Of a DNA stretch of 64,000 bases, positions 1-11,650 are shown one piece after another (position 1 is the first letter of the stretch; the number at the start of each line of letters is the position of its first letter). Source of the stretch: Styela clava (Eukaryota); NCBI RefSeq assembly GCF_964204865.1, contig NC_135261.1, positions 18,104,001 to 18,168,000 of the forward strand. Direction: 5' to 3'. Under the pieces are notes generated by a model. It saw only the letters and a program-made list of their open reading frames with translations, had not been told where the DNA came from and did not search any database. A program made the position numbers and the translations under genes.

Positions 1-344
1 ACAAATTTGACTCATGCTGGAAAAGCCACAAAATTGGTTTTCAAAAACACATATGTATCATCTGTGTGATACAATGAAAATTAACAGCACTGGGTAACCC
101 TAATTTATTATGTCCTAAATTTCTGTCAAAACGATATAAGTCAACATTTCTTGTAAATTTGTTACAGAGTGACAAAGAGTTTAGTAAAGAATTCCCCTTA
201 ATAAGCAAACACAAAGCATTATCTTCTTATTTTAGTTGCAATAACATATTTAGGAGGAATGGCAAAAGATGGCTTATTGTTCAGACTAATCAAGGCTGGA
301 AACAAAGATTTCTGATTGCAAGAACAAAATTTTCGTACCCGCAC

Positions 345-438
345 CTTGTTCTTTGTTTGACTCTTTGTCTCTGCTTCGTTCTCTTCTTTCTTTTCCAGCT
401 GATCTCTTACGTCGGTCGCTACTTTTTTCTCTTTCAGG
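345..438 (-). CDS. TRAF3IP1: TRAF3IP1 coding exon 6
   Basis: atag|[31 protein letters not shown]|gtgcgg; charged region. Confidence 0.8.
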
Positions 439-3400
439 CTATGATTAGAATTGTGAAACCATACTTATTATTGGCGTGACGGTGTGGCGAACCGTGCTAA
501 GAGTTGGGAATATGCTCACCACCGCACCTCTGATTACTCTGCGTGGGTTCGCAGGTTCAAATCCCATGCGAGGATAGTTATGTGCGAGAGGATTTCTGGA
601 CTCCTCGCCGCCATAGGGTGGTTCAAGTAACCGCTGGTCGGTTACGGCTTCCTCCACCATCAAGTCCATGCTTCCATAAACAAATAACTAACTAATCCCA
701 TACCCCACATGGAAGGGTAACCGGACGAGAGGCCGTAGTTATATGGTCGCCGTCTTATCGGCTTTGATAAATATGTTAATCCTATCCTATTAGCTTTATA
801 TTGTTTCATCACTATTTTGGCTCTGCCATTTGGGTGTGACCCTGGGACCGCCATCCAGGACTAGGCGTCGGAGCAAAACAAGTTCATTCCAAAAATGAAC
901 CTTTTTTTTAAATAACGAGCTGTACGGCCCAATGGCATCAAATTGCTAAATATCAATTTAAATGGCCTAGCTAATGCCTACTTCCATTGAGTCAAGATCA
1001 GTTGTATCATGCTTTCTCTTGCTGCTACATAGTGATAAATTAGGGTCCTAAATTTGTCATAGATATTGGATAAAGATTAATCTAGCGCGATTCTTACCTT
1101 TTCATCTCTGTCTTTTTTCTTCCTTCTTTGTTCATCTGGTCTTTCCCTGAAATCAATTTGGCCATTCAAATCTTGAATCGTAATTTCTTAAGTCAGACCA
1201 GAATTTTTCTCTAAAAGTCGTAACTAGAGCTACCGTAGTTAGGTAATTTTGAAACTTTTTAACTTTACACTCAATCAATATTACAGTCATTCTTATAGTA
1301 TTGTTTAAAACTTTTCTTATTTATTAATGTTATTTCATGTTTTCATACTCCGGGCCTGAGACACATTTATCTGTGATGTGTGAGGCAATGAAAGACAAGG
1401 CTCAACTATGAAGTATAACAATAATTATCCAAAAGTTAAAATTCAACTAAAATGGGCGAAATATTATTACAACTCGCAGGGAAATCAAATGCACAAATGA
1501 CGACAACGATCAGAAAAACAGAAGACAAAGAAATAAGTTAAGTCATAGATTTCGAAGCCGTAAAAAAATGATGTATTTGTCAAAAGAATTATCCGCCACC
1601 AGAATATACTTTTCAAAATCATGGAATGCATTGAAACTATTTACCGCCAAGTTTGCCTCCTTAAATAATTGTAACAATGAACCGAGCCTTTTCTTCTATG
1701 GAAGGGTGGTCCAAACCCAGGCCCACGGGCCACATGTGGCCCGCCGCTTCATTATCTGTGGCTCGTGTCACATTCGGAGAGTAATCAAAAAATAGCATTT
1801 CGAATTGTTTTGTAATAAAATTAATCAGAAAAAAATCTTTTTACATATTGTTACACCACTAATGTCACTGAATTGACTAGTGTTATGGCTAGTTGAGGCA
1901 ACTAGCGAAGTTGAATGATGTGCTTGACAGTCTAAATTATTATCTGGCTTTCTATCTTTTTGGTCGGGAATACATGCTAACAATAGAAAACTAAAAATCT
2001 AATGCGGATTCTATTAGCCTTGGATGGCAATGTCTGATAACTATGTGTTTGCACAATAAAAGCGTCTGTTTTGTATTGCACTGTTCACCTAATCCTGGCA
2101 CTATTGAGGCCTGCGAGCAATGCAAAAATGATTTTGTGGCCCGCGGAGCTGACAACCTTAGACCACCCTGTTCTATGGCATTGCGTCAAAGCATCTGTAG
2201 ACCATTTACTTTAAAGCATGTTTACAAAATATGAGTGTTTATTGAAGGTCCAGCAGCCACTGTTTCAAGAGTTGGTATTACAAAAAAAAAAAGCTGAAAT
2301 TCATTTTAATAATAACCTGTTTTCTTTTCCTTCTTTCTTTTTTGAAGATCCAGTGGGAGGTTTCTCTTGAACTTTTGATGATGTTTTCTTACCAGTGAGG
2401 ACTTGTTGAACTGCATCATCTGATGAAACCTATATTAAATTTTGAACAAAATATTTGATTCTCTTCCTAAACAAGATTCTAGTCAAGAAAACAAATACAC
2501 AAAAATATCAGAAAAATTAGACTTAGAACATAGTTAGCATGTGTCTCTTTGGATTTCAAATAAAAAGTTGTGGCTAATGAGAATGACATCATTTTTTCCC
2601 CAAATAGCAAGTATATTATGGAGGTTTTGTTAGATGACAATACATTATGTATTATTCACTGTTTAATTAGCTTATGTCTCGTTTTATCTGAAGAAGTTAG
2701 GGACTATAATCTAATGGAAGCTCTCAAATATGCTTGCTATTTCATGGGGAGAGATTATGATATTCTTATTTATCTTTCAATACTATCTCGTTCAAGCATC
2801 CTTGTGGCAACAACCACTTCATATGAATCTGAAGTAGGCAATGAGAACAGACCTGCAGTTCGATACACAATTTCCTACTACCTCTAATGAGATGTTTGAA
2901 ATCATGTTTCCTACAATTAGCACTTAGTAGTAAATTAAATTTCAATTATGGTACTAATGATCAACAACATACATTTTTATGAATACATTTAGCAATCGCT
3001 TGAAGTAATTCATTAGTTTTCTCAGGCTCGTGTCCTGCGACAATTTTTGATGGTCTAGCAGCTAGTTGGTCACCAGATACTATTGACACAACGTCGATAA
3101 CTTTTTGAAGAAATGCCATTTTATCTTCTTTTGCCTAAACAAAGAAGAAACTGCTAGTGAAAAGTGTCCATGCATCTGTATGGAGTAAATAACATAACTA
3201 TCTAAAAACTGAAGGGTAAAAGGATGAGAAGACTTGGATGGCCATGCATGGGTTATTAATGGCAACAGTGTTTTCCAATCGAGGTGAAATTTAACCCCAA
3301 AGAAAAAAATTTATGTTTTACCTGAGGAAATTTTTCTCCATAGTATTACTAATATCTTTTACTTGTGTGATATTATTATAATACATATTTTTGCCTACAT

Positions 3401-4724
3401 TATAAACTATTCAAATAAAGCATACAAAACTCAGAGTGCAAGTTATGCAGATCACTAGTTTATAATCCATTATTGATTAAAGAACAACCGAAAACAGAAC
3501 TCTGACATGTTGGGGAAATGAGCCAAGGGGAGAATGTATCAAAAAAATTTGGTACCACTGGAAGATATTTTCTTGCCCTGAACGATTACAAAAATTTGAA
3601 GGCCGTAAAAATCTCTCGCTTTCCATGTATAGGATCCCCAACAAAATAAAAATTAAAAATTTTTTGGTTAAAATTCAGAATAGGGCCTTATTTCTTTGCT
3701 TAACAGAGAGTGGCTTATTCACGGCAAGATGGTTTATCTAAACTAATAATTACTGTTTTTATTCCCATCATTTATGATGAATGCGATAAAAAATTAAATT
3801 ATATCTGACTAAACAACTTACAGACACATTCTTAGAATCCATCTCTGATGAAGTAAACAGTCCATTTAAAAATCCTGTTGTTCTGATCACCTAGAAAGTT
3901 TGCATATTTGTTATAACAATAATCAACAGTACATTATTAGATATCAGCTAGTACAAACAAGACGGCGCTCCAGAAGTGTGTGTTCCAATATTGAGGTAAC
4001 TAATTTTGTTCGCCTACTCTACATCAAGTTGTGTGGAGGGACTGAAACATATGGGGAGGGCCCGAACTCGTTACTGAACTAACATAAGGAAAATCGGATT
4101 AAATTATGGCCGAACCCTAACCTGGTACACACACTAATTTTAATTGTAATCATTCTGTCTTTATGACTGTATTTAGATCAGAAATCGTATTAGTCTTAAA
4201 TACAGCTGAGCAGTAAAATGTGAGAATTTTTTACAAAAACTGTCATTTTCAAAACCCACTATCGAATACCCTGAACAAATCAAATGGGTTATGGACAAAT
4301 ATGATAAAAAATCATAATATTTTGTAAAAGTATTTTCGTTTTTTCCTTTGTGGTACTAATTGAGTAAATTATCACATTAACCATTAACAGCTTTTTTCTA
4401 TTTTAAACCCAAAATATTGATGATGTTTGGCAATTATTATTTGGAATAGCCAACTATTTCATATATTGATTGATATGCCAATCCTCGCTTTTAAAGGATA
4501 GTACATGCTTAATTTAGGAGGCAAATAATTTTCATCAAAAGTCACACCATCAAGATCGTAATTTTGAGATATAACTTATTCAAAAACATTTTCATACAAA
4601 CCTCTGTGAATATATCATGTAGAAATCGAAACGGTGGTTTTGAAAGCAACTTGTCCGTCAGTGGAGGTTTTTTAATAATCTTTCCGAGAGTATCTCTCGT
4701 CTTTTTCATTACTTCTTCTCCCAT
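345..4724 (-). CDS. TRAF3IP1: TRAF3-interacting protein 1 / IFT54 (MIP-T3), 5' portion; 6 coding exons, continues beyond the window start
   Basis: Spliced translation [41 protein letters not shown]|[23 protein letters not shown]|[50 protein letters not shown] matches the IFT54 N-terminal CH-like domain, followed by the K/R/E-rich region. All junctions are GT-AG and in phase. Confidence 0.96.
473..790 (+). mobile_element. tRNA-derived SINE, copy 1 (TRAF3IP1 intron)
   Basis: A-box-like start and B-box GGTTCAAATCC; reverse-complement match to 4876-5223 over about 300 bp; ATCCT-repeat tail. Confidence 0.85.
1098..1146 (-). CDS. TRAF3IP1: TRAF3IP1 coding exon 5
   Basis: tttcag|(R)[16 protein letters not shown]|gtaag; phases fit the neighbouring exons. 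Confidence 0.85.
1702..2170. mobile_element. non-autonomous hAT element (MITE)
   Basis: Ends aagggtggtc...gaccaccctg; perfect 8-bp TSD ttctatgg (1694-1701 and 2171-2178); GGCCC subterminal motifs. Confidence 0.88.
2317..2429 (-). CDS. TRAF3IP1: TRAF3IP1 coding exon 4
   Basis: atag|[19 protein letters not shown]...KEGKEN|gttatt; SSDDAV motif. Confidence 0.88.
2973..3134 (-). CDS. TRAF3IP1: TRAF3IP1 coding exon 3
   Basis: ttag|[11 protein letters not shown]...[24 protein letters not shown]|gtatgt. Confidence 0.94.
3266..3560. mobile_element. degenerate hAT-like MITE
   Basis: cagtgttttccaa...ttggtaccactg termini; no TSD recognisable. Confidence 0.5.
3822..3890 (-). CDS. TRAF3IP1: TRAF3IP1 coding exon 2
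   Basis: ctag|[23 protein letters not shown]|gtaagt. Confidence 0.93.
3964..4136 (+). mobile_element. TTAGGG-containing MITE family, subfamily B (truncated)
   Basis: Similar to 29794-30008, 38170-38379 and 59223-59436. Confidence 0.8.
4602..4724 (-). CDS. TRAF3IP1: TRAF3IP1 coding exon 1 (41 aa)
   Basis: ATG at 4724; [10 protein letters not shown] motif; donor GAG|gtttgt. Confidence 0.95.
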
Positions 4725-4875
4725 TTCGAGTATGATTATTCAAATTTAGTATTATTGCTCAAAATCTTTAATAAAAAAGATGTATATTGGAATATAAAGT
4801 GTATTGTATTTACAAATTTCGAAACTTACCAATTTCAGAATTTTTATGAAATTTGTTTAGAATGTTCACCAAATT

Positions 4876-5223
4876 GGATAGGATAGGATTTACATAATTA
4901 TCCCGGGGGAGAGGAAAGGCGATAAGACGGCTTATCCATATGGCGAACCACGGCCTCTCGTCCGGTTACCATTCCAAGTCGGGTATGGGATTAGTTAGTT
5001 ACACTGTCTTGTTTGTTTTCGGAAGCATGGACTTGGTGGTGGAGGAAGCCGTAACCGACCAGCGGTTACGTGAACCACCCAACGACGGCGAGGAGTCCAG
5101 CAATCCTCTCGCACATAACCATCCGAGCATGGGATTCGAACCTGCGAACCCACGCAGAGTAATTAGAGGTGCGGTGGCGAGCGTATTCCTAACGCTTAAC
5201 CCGTTGAGCCACACCGCCGCGCC
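4876..5223 (-). mobile_element. tRNA-derived SINE, copy 2, just upstream of the TRAF3IP1 ATG
   Basis: Minus strand reads ggcgcggcggtgTGGCTCAACGGG (A box)...GGTTCGAATCC (B box); body shared with 473-790; (ATCCT)n tail. Confidence 0.87.
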
Positions 5224-5925
5224 TGTAAATATAATAAAGTCAGACAACTACAGAACTAAGTAAGAAACAAAATGCTGAAATGCCAGTGATACTGCTGTAC
5301 CGTAAAGTCGACTACCGGCACCGGTACATTAACAAAAAAAGCAAAGTTCTGATTCCTAAGTCAGAAAGATAAAGTCTGGAAATACCAGTACCGGTAAGAG
5401 GTAGTCACAGGTATTCCTGTTTCCACATTTCCTCATAATTCTTGAGTGAAAGCTGAGATAAAGCATTTAAAATCTTAATGGTCAAGACGACCACTTTCTA
5501 AGCTCTAACTAGTGCACCTCCTCCTACATTTCAAGTAATTAATTAGGCCCGAAAACAAATGAAAAGCAAACCCTGTTTCCCTTTATATCTGTCCCAAATG
5601 TGATTTTATTTGGGTTACGGTGTAAATCAAGCTGTTGTTATGTGCGTTTAGGTCACCGCTTCGAGGCGCTCTTGATTTGCGGCCATGGTGTACTCCTTCG
5701 TAGGCTTAAATTGTATACGTATAAGTAAAAGTTTATTTCGACTCCATAATCAGCAATAGACGATAAAGCAATTGATAAAAACAAAATAAATAAAACTGAT
5801 TACATGGTCGGGAAAGCAAACGAAACTTCAAGCAAGGTTTAAAGCGTACATATTTTAGGTGGAGAGGTATTGATAAAAGAAGTAGTACGTCTTCGCTCAC
5901 CCAAAAGTATCAAAACTAATAAACG

Positions 5926-5956
5926 CACGCACACACACACACACACACACACAAAC
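5926..5956 (+). repeat. (CA)n microsatellite
   Basis: cacgcacacacacacacacacacacacaaac. Confidence 0.9.
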
Positions 5957-6077
5957 ATACAATCGTCGAAGCATGATAAGGTCGGGAGTGAAAAAAGCGA
6001 GACATAAAATCAATTACTCAGTAAGAAGAAAATTGGCAAACAAATAAAAAAAATGAATAAATTCTTTTCCCACACGC

Positions 6078-8134
6078 CAGGGATGGCCAATTCGAATAAA
6101 GTATTCGAATATCACGTTTCCGAATATCGGAATTAACGTTCATAAGAATATCGGATATTTGTGTGACGTCACACATTTTCGACGCCGCTTTCAAGACGTT
6201 TCCGTTGAATGAAAACATTCTCGATTGAAACTTGCGCGTGATTTTTCCACAAATTTGTTCCACGATAACGATGACAATTATTTTATTTTTGTACCCGCAC
6301 AGAATTGTGAATCTGGTAAATACGTTCATCGGCGGCGAGTTTCTAGAGACAACGCAACTTTTTGATTGAAAAGCGGCAATTTAAAATACTGAAAATAAAA
6401 CCGTAATCGATATAAGTTTTACTGAGGCCCGCGAAAATTTAAAAAACGCTTTTCTACGCAGTGAAAATCGCAAAATTTCGTGTGCCTCTGGCACACATTA
6501 TGTTTGGTCGTCGTTTAGAAACATATCGTCACGAATTGAGGGCGGGATTTGCCTGAATATCCATTACTTTAAATTGCCGTCGAATAATGATACAAGGTTT
6601 GAAACGCGACTTTTTCCCGGGTTCTGAGGATGTATATAATATAATTAATCTAAAGTATATTCAATCAATTTTATTGTGATGAAATAAATTTTACTCTGAG
6701 ATGTTACAGCAGATTTATGGGTTTTTCGAACGGTTTTATCTAAAAATAATCAGAGTGGCAGCATTTCGATTGAGCGGAGTCACTAATAACAAGCAGGCTA
6801 CATCTAAATATTTGCCGAATTCGCAAAATAGGGATCAAAACTTTAATTAATCGGGCAGTTTACCACACGTTTCTATTTTTATGACCGCGGGTGCAATGGT
6901 ATATAAGAGTGGTGAGGATTTTATTCTGTCGACGCAACCGCAGGTTAAATTGAAGACAATTAAATTAATAAAGCAAGACATTTTAAATATGCCCGAATCG
7001 GTCACGAATTCATCACTTTGCACAACAGAAAAATATGTATTCGTTGTCATATTATTTGTTGTAAAAGTTGACTCTTTTAACAGGTGGTATAATCGCGGCG
7101 ATGAATATGTATTTTTAAATTCACTGCTAAACTTTATATGTATATTCATTGTATGAAACGAAATATACTCTACACTTAACAAGATTTTATTTCATTATTT
7201 GGGATTTTTCTAACGGCGATAACGAGTTGGCAAGATTGCAAAAATACGTATTAAAATTAAGTACATCAGGCAGTTTATTTCGTACTTCTAGGTCACAGAT
7301 CACCAAGGACCGAATAGTAATGTTTTTTTTGACGTAAGAAGAAGAAGCCGCGAGTTACGTTGGACACATTAAATTAATATATAAAGATATTTTAGAATCT
7401 CGTAGTTGTCATGGATTGAATATTTTACGTAACAGGATGATCATTATACGCTGAAAAGACGGCTCTTTTAACGAGCGCAGAATCGCGGTGGGTGTTAAAG
7501 GCGGCAATGGGAATTTCCGATTTCGAAAATTCTGGCTGCGCGGCTGGCAGTGATGGTCATCCATCCTCTAATAATTTATTTCTAATTTCAAACACAACAA
7601 TATGTTACACATAATAACAATATGATTCACATAAATTAATATACAAATATACTGGTAAGAGGTAGAATACTCTAGGCTTAAATATTAGAATTTTCGAAGG
7701 CAAAATGGATTTTCGATTGTTGTTGCTTGTTTCATTTGTCTGTATTGCCAATAAATTTTATTACTCTTAGAAAATATACACAATTATCTGAAGTAGTATT
7801 TTGTCAATAGACTTGACTATTATCGAAATATCATGGTACCAATGATAGAAAGCGTCAGACAACTCCTTGGCTATCTTTTCATATGGTCATTTGTACAGAG
7901 TGAATAATTTTAATAAACTGACTGTGTCACAAGTTGCTATTATTTTTTTATTGATAGCTATGAGCTATCAATTACTTTGTGTACATATACTGTTGGTTTG
8001 TGGCTTTATTCTGATATTTCTATTGAAGCTTATTTCCTAATTTACTGGGTTTTAATAAACTAAAACAAAAATGTGTTATTTTCAATTTTAGAATGTATCC
8101 GGAATAGCTTAGTATTCGGAAATGGCCATCCCTG
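6078..8134. mobile_element. segment bounded by about 35-bp degenerate inverted repeats (CAGGGATGGCCA...TGGCCATCCCTG); possible old DNA transposon
   Basis: 12-bp perfect terminal match extended by TATTCG-type similarity; no TSD. Confidence 0.5.
6160..6175. promoter_or_regulatory. palindromic CRE (tgtgTGACGTCAcaca) in the CpG-richer region between the divergent genes
   Basis: 16-bp perfect palindrome containing the consensus CREB/ATF site. Confidence 0.45.
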
Positions 8135-11100
8135 CGGCCACACCAAATAATAATTGGATTGCCGAATTGGATACCGAATTAGTCAAAAAAGAGTTATATA
8201 CTGTGGATAGAAAAATATTCCTCAAAAGATATCGTCAAGCTGATTATAATTGGAGTCACCTAATTCCAAATTGCCCAATCAGAATTGCCAAGTTGGATGC
8301 ATGAAGAGGTGGGCTACCCCTGCTTCACTCACCAGATAGAAGCCAAAACTAACCAAATTAACGTCCAAATTATTTTAAATATTGTTAATCAATAAAAGTA
8401 CCGGTAATTATAATTAAAATTAATTAGGGCGGTATGATACAGAGGTAGGAAACTTGGTTACGGGAATATATAGAATATATATTAAATGTTCAAGTAAGGT
8501 TTCTAAAGTCATGGATTGTAAACAAGCAAATTTAAGTGAGGTTGTTGATCACTACGGTCAGTTCAAATTCATCACGGTTGATTCATTTTATGTTGAATTA
8601 GCTAGCTTTTAAATTGATCATCATGACGTCCTAAAAAACGAAAAATATATCTGCGAGTACAATATTCAATGATGGCAAATAAGGAATCAATAGAAAACTA
8701 CTCTAGACTTTTGAGAGGAAGTTGTTGATGTGTGTAAATTATTGATCAATGTTAATTAACTATCATTAAACTGCCAGTTGAAAAACCCGAGAAAAAGGAG
8801 ATTGTAGATGGGACACAGGAGAAATTGTCCACAAACCAATTGAATTACTTATTTCTATAATAACAGAAAAGTCTTATACAATACTTCTATCGATACATGT
8901 GTCGGCATCAGAACTATTTGCAGATACCTATTATGCAAACTGTTTTGCTTCATGATGGGAACATTCGAGTTACAGTATTGCCAATATTACCATTTTTCAT
9001 AGATCATGCTGACTCGTAGATGAGATGCCATGTGAGAGTTAAAACATAACAAATAGACATTTTAAGACATCATGCGACGTGATTCATTTCGTCGTGTACT
9101 TTTTGTATTATTTTTATCCACAATTTTTATGAGACTTCTGATGCTATATTCCACACTCTCTAAGACCTAAGTTGTTATAGAATCAAATTACGGTTCCAAT
9201 GCATGTATGACCATATTGCATATTTATCACATCAAATTATATTGAATTTTTGTTCAGCCTTGAATCACTCATAATTATTTAGTCTGCATTTTGTGTGACA
9301 TTTTCACGCCCATTACACAAATACAATACAATTGCAATATCGTCTGATATATAATTCTAGAAGACATTTAAGACTATCAATCATGCATTATTCTCTGTAA
9401 TTGTTTACAATAATAACTATACTATACTATCTATCCCAATGTTTCAGTAAATATTTTCCATATATTCGGGTTATAGGCTGTTTAGGTTCAGAAGAATTCA
9501 AATTAGATTAATATATATACTATATATAAAACGACTATTTACAATACATTGGTACACAGCGACATATATCTTGGAAATCTCGGTTCTCTGGGGATCAGAT
9601 GGCTGAATAAAACATCAATAATTCTAGGTGTAATTCTCGATTATGAAAAAATCCTTTCGACTAGAATTCCACTGTAAGAAATGACTATACAGTGTGAGCT
9701 GTGAATTCCAGATTATCTAGCTTTATTTTGAATTAGACAAAAATATGACTTCATCAATTTGTTTAAGACATTGTGCCAATGGGACAAGAATAACTAAAAT
9801 GTTTCATTCGCTTATTATACTCAGTCATATCTAATACTGTGGCTCATTGTAACTTCATTGTCAACAAAAATTGCGCACCTTGTGGCGATTGCGTTAGTCT
9901 TGAACACAGCTATACCAGTAGGCAACTTCGACAGATTGCAAACCCGTACCACTTCGTTTCGGCTTTCGTGTTCATATATTTGAGCATCGCTCTCTTGTTT
10001 TTAAAAGGGATGAAGTAGCTTTGAAAAGTGCTCTTGAAAAGCCGCCCCCTGATTACCATCATATTTGATCACCACATTGTTTTAAGAATACATCGTCGAA
10101 ATTGGACAACTCTGTTGATGAAACATTGTCAGTCAATCCTAAAGGATGTTTCCCGTCTTGCTTGTTCACTTCCGTAAATTTGGTTAATCAGTAAGATGCG
10201 AAAGTGCGTAACAATAGACGTTTTAGAAGTCGCTCAGACACTTTTGTCAGTCAGACAGATTTTCAGGCATGGTTGTAAATATGAATTACAGTACCTTGTT
10301 TTTGTGTTTTTGCATGCTATTTGTTGATTTTTAGTTGTTTTTTGTAAATTTAAGCATGATTTAAAATAAATCAATTGTCATTTTGTCTTCGTAGATTTAC
10401 AGCTATCAAAACATAGTTCAGAAATAGCTGTGTAAGACTAGGCTACACTTTTCTATCGATACTTTCAAATGACATGTTGTTAAATGTTTTGAATCAAGTT
10501 GAAACATATAAACCAGTTTAAAGGGGCCAACTCGCGTTTCCACTCTTAAGATAAGCACAAAAATTGTGCAATGGTGAAGTGAAGGAATTTTTTCTGGAGG
10601 GCAAAGGTCGGGGAACATCCATTGCTTCGAATGAGGCCAAATTGGAAACATCGCATACCGTTGTGGTATGTAATCATGCTTTTATTCTTATTTTAAAATT
10701 TTCGTACATCGCCTCTATGTGAGTTACTGGATGAAAGTATATTTACTTTTTTTATTTTTCCGAAAGGGGTGTAATAGCGAACCATATTTTCCATTGCAAT
10801 GCTCAATTGCAACACTCAACGATGTTAGATCACTTTTTTTTTGTTAGTATGGTATCATATATGATTTGTTTACCCTCGGTTACCTCATTAGCACTGTTAG
10901 CACAATGATTTCCAGTATTATTTAAGTTGTCAAGTGGAGCCATGCCCTTTGTTGCCACATATCTGATGGTGGAACAGTTTCATATCTGCCAAAGGTCATT
11001 TATTCGCCTTTCTGCACTTATTCGATTGATTCCTGAATTAAGTAGGCCTCTTCAAATAAATTAGTGAAATTTGGTATAAAATAGTGGACCTCTGAAAGCA

Positions 11101-11518
11101 TAGATGATATTTAAAAGCATAGCTTTTTAGAAGATTTTGTTATCATTAAATACTAAAAAAACTTGTAAGCGATCGTTATTATAATTATTGTTATAATTTA
11201 TATTATATAAAAATTGAACAGAGAGTCAATTGCAAAATATTTCACAGTATAATCAAAAATAGACAATATTCTCCAAAACTTCAGAAGTTTATTGATGAGT
11301 ATTTATGAATTTATTTTCTATAATGAAAAATGGCGGGACTGGGATATTGGTCAGTGTTATTAAGAACAAGAGAGCAATGATCAAATATATGAGCACGAAG
11401 ACCAAAACGAAAAAAAACGAAAATCATGCTCTGGACGAAGCTGAACCCATCAGAACTTACGTGCTCTGACTGCTCTGGATTTACTAGGTCCTGTGACAAC
11501 GTGCATTGAAATGCTTCG

Positions 11519-11650
11519 GCTCACAACCGTAGTATTTATTAATTTGAAAGTACTTTAACTTTCTACTTACCGCACCTACCTACCGCTCACAACTGTAGAA
11601 TTTATTAATTTAAAAGTACTCTAACTTTCTACTTACCGCACCTACCTACA
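11519..11650 (+). repeat. 66-bp direct tandem duplication
   Basis: gctcacaa..tagtatttattaattt.aaagtact.taactttctacttaccgcacctacctac twice (11519, 11585). Confidence 0.9.

Noticed and set aside
445-854. ORFs 445-669, 660-854 and the similar ORF 4940-5263 looking like a duplicated small gene
   Set aside because: They are antisense translations of the two SINE copies
5130-5223. tRNA gene
   Set aside because: A and B boxes are present, but the sequence continues into a repeated SINE body with no clean cloverleaf; 30015-30085 is likewise a decayed tRNA-like head
9900-10070. Short frame ending EKPPPDYHHI (PPxY-like)
   Set aside because: No start codon, splice sites or recognisable domain; probably chance or a decayed element
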